The translations under genes were made by a program, and so were the position numbers. Shown here in pieces: positions 54,587 through 63,060 of a stretch of 64,000 nucleotides of DNA (the first letter of the stretch is position 1; the number at the start of each line of letters is the position of its first letter). The DNA comes from an uncultured Lachnospiraceae bacterium (GTDB lineage: Bacteria; Bacillota; Clostridia; Lachnospirales; Lachnospiraceae), in NCBI GenBank assembly GCA_963929535.1, contig CAWVIZ010000009.1, positions 150,433 to 214,432 of the forward strand. The letters are read 5' to 3'. The notes beneath the pieces were generated by a model. That model was not told the origin of the DNA. It saw only the letters and a list, made by a program, of their open reading frames with translations, and searched no databases.

Positions 54587-55423
54587 TCATCCGTAAAAAC
54601 TGTGACCGCCATGGTCGAACAGATGCGTCAGCGTTTTGTCGAACCACTCGATATTTTCTGCATCAGCCTGGTCTTTGGCGATAAAATACAGGGCTCCCTG
54701 GGAAAGATCCTCCCCGTCAATGGCCCGGTTCACCGCTTCTCTTGTGGTATTGGAGATCGTCACAGAATGAATCCTTCCGTCCTCTGTAGGAGAAAACTGC
54801 GCCGATCCCCCTACTTTCTGCCAGATCACAGAAGTCACATCCCCGGGGAACTCTTCATCCGCCACCCGGTTCAGTATCACATTCGCCACCATGATCCGCC
54901 CTTCCACATCCTCGCCTCCTGCTTCCGCCTCCACGATCGCCAGCAGATTCTCATAATCCTTATCCGTCATGCTGGTGGTGGAAGCCAGGCTCCAGGACTG
55001 ATTGTCCAGTTCGTTCACCGTCTGTAGCAGTTCCGATCCCACATCCAGGCGGGATACCACTTCTCTCGTAATTTTTCTTTGCCCTACCAGCACCACTTCA
55101 CAGCTGGTTCCCATGGCCCGGTAATCCGTTGTCAGCCCCTTGGTGGACAGCACGCCTTCAATCAGGCCTGCATACCCAAGGGGCACCTGTTCATCAGGAT
55201 CTCCCTCTTCCTCTCCGGTATCCTCCTGGCCGCTTCCGCCTCCGGCGTCCGCTTCCCGGGCATCCGGAGCTGTCCGGATACGAGTGCTGCAGACTACCGC
55301 TGCGCTTCCAGCCAGGACCACCACTGCGGCTCCCGCCGCTGCAGCACAGGCTTTTTTCTTATGTCTGGTTACCCGGGTCACGAGAGCCTGGACAAACTTC
55401 CATATGATATTCAGCTTCTCCAT
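54587..55423 (-). CDS. Cell wall hydrolase, SleB-like (Hydrolase_2 domain) with N-terminal membrane anchor
   Basis: The C-terminal domain LLAIVEAEAGGEDVEGRIMVANVILNRV...AQFSP is typical of SleB/CwlJ-type spore cortex lytic enzymes. Confidence 0.8.
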   Translation of the reverse strand: MEKLNIIWKFVQALVTRVTRHKKKACAAAAGAAVVVLAGSAAVVCSTRIRTAPDAREADAGGGSGQEDTGEEEGDPDEQVPLGYAGLIEGVLSTKGLTTDYRAMGTSCEVVLVGQRKITREVVSRLDVGSELLQTVNELDNQSWSLASTTSMTDKDYENLLAIVEAEAGGEDVEGRIMVANVILNRVADEEFPGDVTSVIWQKVGGSAQFSPTEDGRIHSVTISNTTREAVNRAIDGEDLSQGALYFIAKDQADAENIEWFDKTLTHLFDHGGHSFYG

Positions 55424-55644
55424 CTCGCTTCCTTTGCTTTCCCTAATATCCTTTTTCTCTAAAAATCCACTTGTAATGAATTATAGGTACTTCAAAAGGC
55501 AAAGTCAATAGATGGGCCCCATTTTGGGCTAATTTCACGAATTATCCTCCACTTTTTCATGAAAAATGCCCCCTTTTCGGGGTAAGCTTCACCACTTTTT
55601 TACTTTTTTCTTTCCTGAATTTTATGAAACAGTGCTATTGCCTT

Positions 55645-55806
55645 TTATCTTCCGGATGTGAGATCCGCGGCTTCCCGAGGCATTCCAACGCTGGAAAACA
55701 GAATATCCAGCGGAACATCCGCGCCCGCCGTTTCACCGGGCCGGAACCTGCAGCCGCACAGCAGCAGACATCCGCACAACCCCGCTGCTTTTTCCCAATA
55801 CTTCAT
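55645..55806 (-). CDS. Possible small lipoprotein (53 aa)
   Basis: MKYWEKAAGLCGCLLLCGC has a lipobox-like L-C-G-C, with GAGGGGTGG upstream. It is very short and has no family assignment. Confidence 0.3.
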   Translation of the reverse strand: MKYWEKAAGLCGCLLLCGCRFRPGETAGADVPLDILFSSVGMPREAADLTSGR

Positions 55807-55828
55807 TTTACCACCCCTCGTCCTTCTT

Positions 55829-56092
55829 CTACATCCCGATGAAATAGTATCCAACAGCAGCTCCCAGCGCCACAAATACAGCGATCATCAGACAGGCCGG
55901 CCAAAAAAATTTCCCCATTTGTTCTTTTAAAGATTTTTTGCCGCTCAGCCGGTCCATGGCAAATTTGGCCATCAACACTTCATTATGGTCAAGCCCGGTG
56001 GTACTGTCCCCATCCATATCCGGAACCCACATGGAAGCATTCTTATTTTCCTTCACGCCGCTCACCTCTCTTTCCTTCTCCATTTTTGCCAT
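55829..56092 (-). CDS. Possible small C-terminally anchored membrane protein
   Basis: Hydrophobic C-terminus FFWPACLMIAVFVALGAAVGYYFIGM. The start is uncertain (56092 or 56083). The longer 141-aa ORF in the track is unsupported. Confidence 0.3.
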   Translation of the reverse strand: MAKMEKEREVSGVKENKNASMWVPDMDGDSTTGLDHNEVLMAKFAMDRLSGKKSLKEQMGKFFWPACLMIAVFVALGAAVGYYFIGM

Positions 56093-56487
56093 TCCCCTTA
56101 CTTTCCGCTGTAAACATACGGGGCCGTCTATCAGACAGCCCCAAAACATTCCAGCAAATATATTGTTCTCTTTTTCTGCTATAACATGTATCATCATTTC
56201 TGCGCAATTTCGTTCTGTTATCTGTATATTATGATATACCCTTCTATTTGTCAATGAATATCCTCTTTTTTGGAATGGTATATGTTGTTGATTTCTTAAA
56301 ATAGCATATTTATGATCTACTTGCCTGTCAGCGGATTGCTCTGTATACTGTCATAAGACTACAGAAAGAAAAAGTCTCAGAGCACCCTCCCTGGAAAGTC
56401 GTGTACTCTGAGACCCGGTTATAAAAACCATGGTTATTATATCAGAATACACACTGACCTACAAGGCGGACTCCGGTGTTTTTTGTT

Positions 56488-56976
56488 ATGAGCAGTGATG
56501 ACACCCCTGTCTGCCCCGTCTGTGGCGGTACTTTGAAGTATCGCGATACCAGACTACGTATCCGGAAGAAGGAAGGCGGCGTGAAAGAGTATCTTATGAT
56601 CCGCAGGCTCCGCTGTACGGAATGCCACCGACATCACAACGAGCTTCCTGATTGCCTTGTACCCCACAAGCATTATGAAGCCGAGGTGATCTCCGGCGTG
56701 CTCGACGGGATCGTAACATCGGAGGATGCTGATTCGGAAGACTCTCCTTCCCTGCTGACCATGTTACGATGGCTCCAGTGGTTTCGGATGAACCTCGCAA
56801 ATATTGAAGGATTCCTGCGCAATGCCGGATACCGGATACTTGGATTGGGAGAAGAACTTCTTTTCTCCCATGCGTCACTGCTCGATACCATACGCCAAAC
56901 ACATCAGGACTGGCTGGAGCGTATCCTCCGTATCATCTACAACAGCGGCGGCTTTTTACCTGCTGTACCATGGTGA
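56488..56976 (+). CDS. Zinc-ribbon protein resembling the DUF6431 family (transposon-associated)
   Basis: Motifs CPVCGG...RRLRCTECHRHHNELPDCLVPHKHY. From memory, this family commonly precedes rve/Mu-type transposases in Clostridia. Confidence 0.6.
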   Translation: MSSDDTPVCPVCGGTLKYRDTRLRIRKKEGGVKEYLMIRRLRCTECHRHHNELPDCLVPHKHYEAEVISGVLDGIVTSEDADSEDSPSLLTMLRWLQWFRMNLANIEGFLRNAGYRILGLGEELLFSHASLLDTIRQTHQDWLERILRIIYNSGGFLPAVPW

Positions 56977-57050
56977 TGCTATTGCACCTGTTTTGATTCG
57001 TCTGTCACCGGATCAGCAGGTATAGTGGTCTCAGAAGGAGGTCACTATAT

Positions 57051-57872
57051 ATGAATACCAATACAAACAGAATCAAACAATGGCAGGAACAGGAAGCCCT
57101 TTCCCGATTCCAGCTGATTGCGCCGCTGCTTCAGGAAGATCTGGACGATGCAAAGAGGCTGCAGCTCCGGAAACAGATTGCTCAGGACAATGATATTTCC
57201 GTCCGGTCCATCTACCGCTATGAAAAGGCCTACCGTGAAGGACAGTTTGCCGGCTTAAAACCAGCCGCACGCGAAAAACGCCGTTCACAGAAGCTTCCGG
57301 AAAACTTTGATCTTCTGCTTGAGCAGGCGGTCCAGCTCCGTAAAGAAGTCCCGGAGCGGTCTGTCGCACAGATCATCTGCATCCTGGAACTGGAAGGCTA
57401 TGCTGCACCGGGAGTCCTGAAACGCTCCACTCTGGAACGGCACCTATACCGGGCTGGTTACGGAAGGGAACAGATGCAGATGTACCGCGATGCACGGGGA
57501 AGTTCTTCCAAACGTTTCTGCAAACCGCACCGTATGATGCTGGTACAGGGGGATATCAAGTACGGCCCGAAACTTCCGATTGGGAAAAATGGTGCCAGAG
57601 TACAGACGTATCTTTCCTCCGCAATCGATGACCATTCCCGCCTACTGTTGGCTTCCCGTTTCTATGACAGCCAGGAGGAAGCCATTGTTGAGGATACGTT
57701 CCGCCAGGCGATCCTCCGATACGGAAAGTTTGATGCCTGCTACTTTGATAACGGTTCCCAGTATATCGCCAGACAGATCAGGCTCTCTCTTTCAAGACTG
57801 GGGATCCGGGTCCTCCATGCAAAACCGCGGAGCGGCAAAAGCAAAGGTTATGTAAAGACTTCATTTATGTAA
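57051..57872 (+). pseudogene. DDE (rve) transposase with Mu-transposase C-terminal domain, 5' fragment interrupted by the trio-recombinase element
   Basis: N-terminal HTH, with DDE residues in MLVQGDIKYG and YFDNGSQY. The native sequence ends at ...RSGKSKG (57847). The frame then runs 24 nt into the inverted repeat and stops. Confidence 0.85.
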
Positions 57873-57931
57873 AGAAATGTGGGCTCAGCCCAGTGCTTAC
57901 ACGGAACTGAGCTTAAATTTCTTTACATAAA
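57848..57931. repeat. Left 84-bp terminal inverted repeat of the trio-recombinase element
   Basis: 83/84 identical to the reverse complement of 61227-61310; the single mismatch is 57896 versus 61262. It contains TTATGTAAAG at 57848 and 57865 and CTTTACATAA at 57921. Confidence 0.95.
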
Positions 57932-57932
57932 T

Positions 57933-58958
57933 TTACCGCTTATTAAAGCTTTTGAGCCATTCTTTCAGATTGGTATCAGATTCCCATTTTGCTTCTTCTT
58001 TTGGAAGGATTTCTTTGCTTGCAGCTTCGATTGCTTTTCTTTTCAGTTTCGCATCCGTTCTTGCGTAGATTTCGGTAGTCATAACGCTGGAATGTCCGAG
58101 CAGATCCCTTATATACATCAGATCAACTCCTGATGTAATGAGCTCCATCGCAGCAGTATGCCGCATTTTGTGTGCTGTGAGGTCATCTGGTATCAGTGTT
58201 GGCTCTTTCTGTCTGGCTTTCATCCCATATTTCTTCAGCACATAATTGACACCTTGTCTTGTAAACTGTGAATTCATATGACTTTTGAAAAGATATTCCT
58301 CAAAGCGTGCCTCGGTATCATATTTCATACAGGAGATATATTTCTGTATGTGTGGAACAGCCGTTTTCATCAGTGGGACATACCTGCCTTTATTCCCTTT
58401 GCCGTGGATCCTTATAGTGTACGGCTCAGTCAGTGAAATGTCCTTTACTTTTATATTTATCAGTTCTGACACACGTACGCCGGTTGTATAAAGGAGCAGT
58501 AACATTACATAATCTCTCAAGCCATTCGTGGCATTCATGTCTATCTGACCGACTAAAAGTTCAACGCCTTCCGTCTTCATGTAGGAAATCTCTTTTTGTT
58601 CTGTTTTTTTTAACGGGATCCCGAGTATCCGCTGGTATTCCTCCATGTAATCCGGCAGTTCATATTTTAGGTAATGAACAAATCCCTTCATTGCGGCAAG
58701 TCTGTAATTACGTGTGGCCGGGCTGTTTTTTCTGCATTCCTCAAGCCATTTCAGAAAGCCAAGTATGGATTCCCTTGTATAATCCATGACAGATATCTTT
58801 TCAGGCTTTATTCCGCATATGGATTCCATGTATTCGAGGTAAAGAACAAAAGCATTCCTATAAGTATCTATGGTTTGGGGAGAACTGCCATTTTCATTCG
58901 GAAGATAACGGGTAAAATATCTGCTAAGATGTACTGCAAAATCAGTTGTTTTCATCAT
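57933..58958 (-). CDS. Tyrosine recombinase (third of trio, XerD-like)
   Basis: Catalytic signatures TTGVRVSE, HKMRHTAAME, LGHSSVMTTEIYAR. The start is ambiguous (58964 GTG, 58958 or 58955 ATG). It overlaps the upstream ORF. Confidence 0.88.
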   Translation of the reverse strand: MMKTTDFAVHLSRYFTRYLPNENGSSPQTIDTYRNAFVLYLEYMESICGIKPEKISVMDYTRESILGFLKWLEECRKNSPATRNYRLAAMKGFVHYLKYELPDYMEEYQRILGIPLKKTEQKEISYMKTEGVELLVGQIDMNATNGLRDYVMLLLLYTTGVRVSELINIKVKDISLTEPYTIRIHGKGNKGRYVPLMKTAVPHIQKYISCMKYDTEARFEEYLFKSHMNSQFTRQGVNYVLKKYGMKARQKEPTLIPDDLTAHKMRHTAAMELITSGVDLMYIRDLLGHSSVMTTEIYARTDAKLKRKAIEAASKEILPKEEAKWESDTNLKEWLKSFNKR

Positions 58959-59928
58959 CAGCACCTTCTTTCGTTATCTTACCAAATATCCTGTCAACCG
59001 TGGAATGAAATTTTTCCTCGATGTAAGGGAAAAGCTGCAAGGTCAGCCTTACATACTTTTCCGTGGCAAAAATTGTTTTGTGACCTAAATAAGTTGACAG
59101 TATAGGCAGCGCAACATACATATCCAGCCCGGAATCCGTCATCTGCTTAAAGGAATATACAGCCATATGGTGTCTCCAGTCATGGATTCTTGGCCCATTG
59201 CCATCCCCTATGTAGGGAATACCGGCTCGGAACAGAAAGTCCCGATGCTTTTCGTAAATGCTTTTCTGATCAAGTCTGCCTCCATTTGCATTCGTAAAAA
59301 TGTAATCGGTATCATTCAGAAGGTAAAAGCATTTGTCTGCGTATTCATTTAAAAGAGCCTTGAGATCATCCCCCACAACAACATAGCGCTGTTTATCGTT
59401 TTTTGTCTCATTCAGAAGGAGGATACCTTTATCAAGATCCACATCCTTCTTACGGATTCCGAGAGTTTCATTAATTCTGGTTCCACAGCAGTAAAGGATT
59501 CGGAACAGTACAGGGTATTGGATGGCGTCTTTACGGTTCATTCCGCTTGTATAACTGTCAACTGCCATGAAATATCGTTCAGATTCGGCATCTGTATAAA
59601 TATGTGGCTCAAAATCTGTCCCTTTGTATTTTATATCGCGTACTACAAAAACATCATAACCTTTTATGCTCAGGTATTTCAGAAACTGTTTGCTGGAATT
59701 TATCCTTAAATAATGCGTTGTGTGGGACTCGTTCTTTCGCTGCTCAAGCCATCTGGATGCATGGAAGGTGCTAAATACTGGCTCCATTATCCTCTGTTCT
59801 ACGCAGAAACGGTCAAATCCTATGAGGTTGCGTCTGAAGTTGTCACCATCAAAGCCAGCTTCTGTTTTATCATTTATATAGTTTTTGATTTCATCTGCGA
59901 AAACAGATCTAAACTCATATCTTGCCAT
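58942..59928 (-). CDS. Tyrosine recombinase (second of trio)
   Basis: Signatures CCGTRINE, HDWRHHMAV, LGHKTIFATEKYVR. The ATG at 59928 is behind AAGGAGGG and overlaps the upstream ORF by 14 nt. Confidence 0.88.
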   Translation of the reverse strand: MARYEFRSVFADEIKNYINDKTEAGFDGDNFRRNLIGFDRFCVEQRIMEPVFSTFHASRWLEQRKNESHTTHYLRINSSKQFLKYLSIKGYDVFVVRDIKYKGTDFEPHIYTDAESERYFMAVDSYTSGMNRKDAIQYPVLFRILYCCGTRINETLGIRKKDVDLDKGILLLNETKNDKQRYVVVGDDLKALLNEYADKCFYLLNDTDYIFTNANGGRLDQKSIYEKHRDFLFRAGIPYIGDGNGPRIHDWRHHMAVYSFKQMTDSGLDMYVALPILSTYLGHKTIFATEKYVRLTLQLFPYIEEKFHSTVDRIFGKITKEGADDENN

Positions 59929-61171
59929 ATCTGCCCTCCTTGCTGTAGAATGGAGAGCGAAGCACAGGCATTGGAAGGGCACACTGTTTCAGCTTATCAT
60001 AGTCTACGGATATATAATAACCCGTGGTCGCTGTCCGTTGATGCCCCATAACAGTGCTTATGACCGGCATGGCGACATTCTTTTTCAGGAGGTTTGTCGC
60101 CAGGCTGTGTCGCATGGCATGGGGCCCATGCTTCTTATTCTGCCAGTTTTTTATTCCGGCGCGCTTCATATACTTGGTAACAACGGAATGGATTGTCGGG
60201 GAAGACAAGGGCTTTCCTTTATTGACATTCTCCATGGATACAATGATCTCCGGAGCATCTGTGGCAGGTCTTGCATGTTTCAGATAATCTATGATCGCAT
60301 TCCCTACTGTAGCCAAAAGAGGGAACTCTACCGATACATCCGTTTTATGTTGGACGAAATGTATGACATTCTTATCCCAGTCAATGTCATCAAAAGAAAA
60401 ACGGGTGATATCTTTTGCACGCCATCCGTATTCTGTAGCGAGAAGCAGGATCAGATAGTCTCTTTTCCCGATAGGTGATGCTCTTTCTACAGAAGCGATC
60501 AATTCCCTGATTTCATCTTCTTCATATGTTGTTGGCAGTTTGCAATCCTTCTTATAGTTATCAGGAAGGATAAAAACAGAGCAATCTTTTGATGATGTTC
60601 CTTCATCATAAACGAATTGAAGGAAAAGTTTTATGGTGCGCGCGGCATTATGTCTTGAGGCAAGGGAATAATTCATGGATGAAAAGAAACATTCTGTTTT
60701 TTCAATCGAAAGATCTTCATATTTCATCCCTTTCCCGTTCATGAACCTGCAGAAGTTATACAGATATACCCTTTTATTTTCAATTGTTTTCTCTGCAAGC
60801 ATAAGTTCATCCCTACAATAATCCAGATATCTTAATGCTGCCAAACCAATCTCTCCATGAAAAGTATATTCAACACTTGGGCAGCGAAATTCAAAATCGC
60901 CATTCCGCTGGTAAGAGATCAACATGCGGACAGCACGCAGTTTTTCCCTAAAATGAGCAGGCGCGCGTTTTGGCATGAGATGCGTGCCAAATATCTCATC
61001 GCAGTATTGCTTGCCGATGGCTTCACTGAATTCAGAAATCTCTTTGCTTTTCAGCCATTCCCGTAAGGCATTCCACTGTGCGGTTATCCTTACATAATAA
61101 TTCGACTCGTATTCCCTATGCTGCAATTCTTCATCACATAAGGCAACCAGTTCTTCAAAATTTGTTACCAT
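59915..61171 (-). CDS. Tyrosine recombinase (first and largest of trio, 418 aa)
   Basis: Signatures YGWRAKD, HAMRHSLAT, MGHQRTATTGYYI, with a long N-terminal SAM-like/arm-type extension. AAGGAGG ribosome-binding site. Confidence 0.88.
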   Translation of the reverse strand: MVTNFEELVALCDEELQHREYESNYYVRITAQWNALREWLKSKEISEFSEAIGKQYCDEIFGTHLMPKRAPAHFREKLRAVRMLISYQRNGDFEFRCPSVEYTFHGEIGLAALRYLDYCRDELMLAEKTIENKRVYLYNFCRFMNGKGMKYEDLSIEKTECFFSSMNYSLASRHNAARTIKLFLQFVYDEGTSSKDCSVFILPDNYKKDCKLPTTYEEDEIRELIASVERASPIGKRDYLILLLATEYGWRAKDITRFSFDDIDWDKNVIHFVQHKTDVSVEFPLLATVGNAIIDYLKHARPATDAPEIIVSMENVNKGKPLSSPTIHSVVTKYMKRAGIKNWQNKKHGPHAMRHSLATNLLKKNVAMPVISTVMGHQRTATTGYYISVDYDKLKQCALPMPVLRSPFYSKEGRYGKI

Positions 61172-61226
61172 ATTTATCGGTACCTCCTTGAAATAGTTTG
61201 GATAAATATGGTCTCATATTTGTTTT

Positions 61227-61310
61227 TTTATGTAAAGAAATTTAAGCTCAGTTCCGTGTAAACACTGGGCTGAGCCCACATTTCTTTACATAAATGAAGT
61301 CTTTACATAA
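61227..61310. repeat. Right 84-bp terminal inverted repeat of the trio-recombinase element
   Basis: Reverse complement of 57848-57931 with one mismatch. Confidence 0.95.
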
Positions 61311-61342
61311 CCTTTATTATGTAAAGATTTACATAATAAAGG
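61311..61342. repeat. Orphan palindrome carrying two more TTATGTAAA sites, flanked by CCTTT/AAAGG
   Basis: CCTTTATTATGTAAA-GA-TTTACATAATAAAGG has 15-nt perfect arms. It sits between IR-R and the resumption of the transposase frame. Confidence 0.9.
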
Positions 61343-61961
61343 GAAGATTGAAAAGTTCCATCAGGTAGTGGATATGTTTAACCGGGAGGCAAAACTAAAA
61401 AACATCAAAACTCTGGAAGAGCTGAACCGGCTGTGGGCCGTGTTCCTTGATGCGTACTATCATCAAAAGCCCCATGAAGGGATCAGCGAATACTACGAAA
61501 GCCTTGGTGCGGCAGTCCCGGAATCAGGGATCACTCCCCTTCAGGAATGGAACCGTGACAGCCGTCCCCTGACCTATCTGGATGTCTCTGTTGTATCCGA
61601 AGCATTTCTGCACCATGAGACACGTAAAGTGGACAAGGGCGCCTGTATCAGTTTCAGGGGCAGAAAGTATGAAACGAAACCGGCTCTGATCGGATATAAG
61701 GTTGAGATCTCCTATGATCCTGCAGCTCCCGAAACCATTACGGTAAGTTATCCGGGATACGAGCCGTTTCCCACACAGCCGGTCAGGATTGGCGAGTTCT
61801 GTGATAAGAACCCAACACTTCCTGCTGCGATGCAGGAACAGACTCCGACAACCTCGCGCTTCCTTGATGCGCTGGAAAAGAAACATTCGGAATCGACCCG
61901 CCAGATGGCCGATGCAATCTCCTTTGCTTCCTATCGGAAGGAGGTGGATGATCATGTATGA
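61341..61961 (+). pseudogene. DDE transposase, 3' fragment (catalytic E region and Mu-transposase C-terminal domain)
   Basis: The frame resumes GKIEKFHQVVDMFNRE..., later RKVDKGACISFRGRKYE. Deleting 57848-61342 (3495 bp) rejoins it in frame with 57051-57847. Confidence 0.85.
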
Positions 61962-62772
61962 ATCCTTCTTTGGAATGGAGCATACACCCTTTGTCCGTGA
62001 TATCCCAGCTGAGAAACTCTATGAGTCTGATGCATTCCGGGAAACGCTCGGCAGGCTCTGCTATGTAGCAGACCGGCAGATGTTTGCGGTCGTAACAGCA
62101 GATCCCGGCTGTGGAAAATCCACGCTGATCCGCAGGTTTTATTCGGAACTTCCGAGGGAAGAATATATCATCCTGTATCTTTCCGATTCCAAGCTGACTC
62201 CGCGGTGGTTTTATAAGGGGATGCTGGACCAGCTGGGGCTGGAAGCACGGTTCTACCGCGGCGATTCCAAACGTCAGCTCCAACAGCAGATCGAGATCAT
62301 CCATGGTGTCCAGCATAAAAAAGTGGTATGCGTTTTGGATGAGGCACACCTGCTGGAGAAAGAAACACTGGAAGAATTCCGTTTCCTTCTAAACTACAGG
62401 TTCGATTCTGTAAGTCCCATGGCTGTCGTGCTCGTAGGGCAGACAGAACTGTGGGACAACAAGCTGAAACTTCAACGGTACGCGGCGATCCGCCAGCGGA
62501 TCGATATGTACTGTACACTCCCGCATCTGGACCGGGCAGAGACAGAACAGTATGTCAAAAGCCATATGGATTATGCGGAATGCAGCCAGGAGATCTTTAC
62601 AACCAAAGCAATGGACGAGATCCATAAAGCTTCGGCCGGGATTCCGAGAATGGTCAACCGGGTGTGCGAAAAATCGCTTATGTATGCGTTCCAACAGCAA
62701 AAACGGCTGATCGATGATTACATGATCAAGTATGTAGTGGAACACGAAATGCTTGGAACCGTAACCGGATAG
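61954..62772 (+). CDS. AAA ATPase, transposition helper (ExeA/TniB/MuB-like)
   Basis: Walker A ADPGCGKST and Walker B VCVLDEAHLL. The ATG at 61954 overlaps the transposase stop, which is the typical coupling. Confidence 0.85.
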   Translation: MYESFFGMEHTPFVRDIPAEKLYESDAFRETLGRLCYVADRQMFAVVTADPGCGKSTLIRRFYSELPREEYIILYLSDSKLTPRWFYKGMLDQLGLEARFYRGDSKRQLQQQIEIIHGVQHKKVVCVLDEAHLLEKETLEEFRFLLNYRFDSVSPMAVVLVGQTELWDNKLKLQRYAAIRQRIDMYCTLPHLDRAETEQYVKSHMDYAECSQEIFTTKAMDEIHKASAGIPRMVNRVCEKSLMYAFQQQKRLIDDYMIKYVVEHEMLGTVTG

Positions 62773-62779
62773 AGAAGGT

Positions 62780-62800
62780 GCCGTCCGGAATCCGGACGGC
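62780..62800 (+). terminator. Perfect stem-loop after the ATPase gene
   Basis: GCCGTCCGGA-A-TCCGGACGGC. There is no U-tract. Confidence 0.45.
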
Positions 62801-63060
62801 CCATACATCAACCATCACGGTGACAGTAAACTTAGCAGTTTAAAGACAACTCATGAAAGCAGTCTGGTGACAGCTCATGAAATCAGCAACAGGTATATAG
62901 CAGTTCAGCTGTCCAGATCTCCACGCAGCAGAACCTATTCCTCCTTATCCTTGTGCATTCCGGGTTGAATTATGAGAATGAAGTACACAAAAGCAGTATT
63001 TTACCTGGCATCACAAGAAATGTTGCTGTAAATTTCAAAGCACCCTATAATAATGCAGAT

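Larger units (their letters stand above)
57848..61310 (-). mobile_element. Recombinase-in-trio (RIT)-type element: three tandem tyrosine recombinase genes between long inverted repeats
   Basis: Three overlapping same-strand integrase ORFs fill 57933-61171. There are 84-bp inverted repeats at both ends. The element is visibly AT-rich relative to its surroundings and interrupts a transposase ORF. Confidence 0.85.
56325..62891 (+). mobile_element. Small Mu/Tn552-like transposon (DUF6431-like protein, DDE transposase, AAA ATPase); ends are approximate
   Basis: Three-gene module. Inverted CTGTCA-containing subterminal repeats: CTGTCATAAGACTAC at 56348-56362 versus the reverse complement of 62859-62873 (CTGTCACCAGACTGC, 13/15 match). 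Extra CTGTCA/TGACAG copies are at 56325 and 62821. Confidence 0.4.

Noticed and set aside
55829-56254. 141-aa version of the small membrane protein ORF (TTG start)
   Set aside because: The N-terminal 54 codons run through AT-rich sequence without a ribosome-binding site. Only the C-terminal ~85 codons have a plausible start and a TM anchor, and even that call is low confidence.
57879-58133. 84-aa plus-strand ORF starting inside the left inverted repeat
   Set aside because: It lies in the inverted repeat and antisense to the third recombinase gene, and it has no ribosome-binding site.
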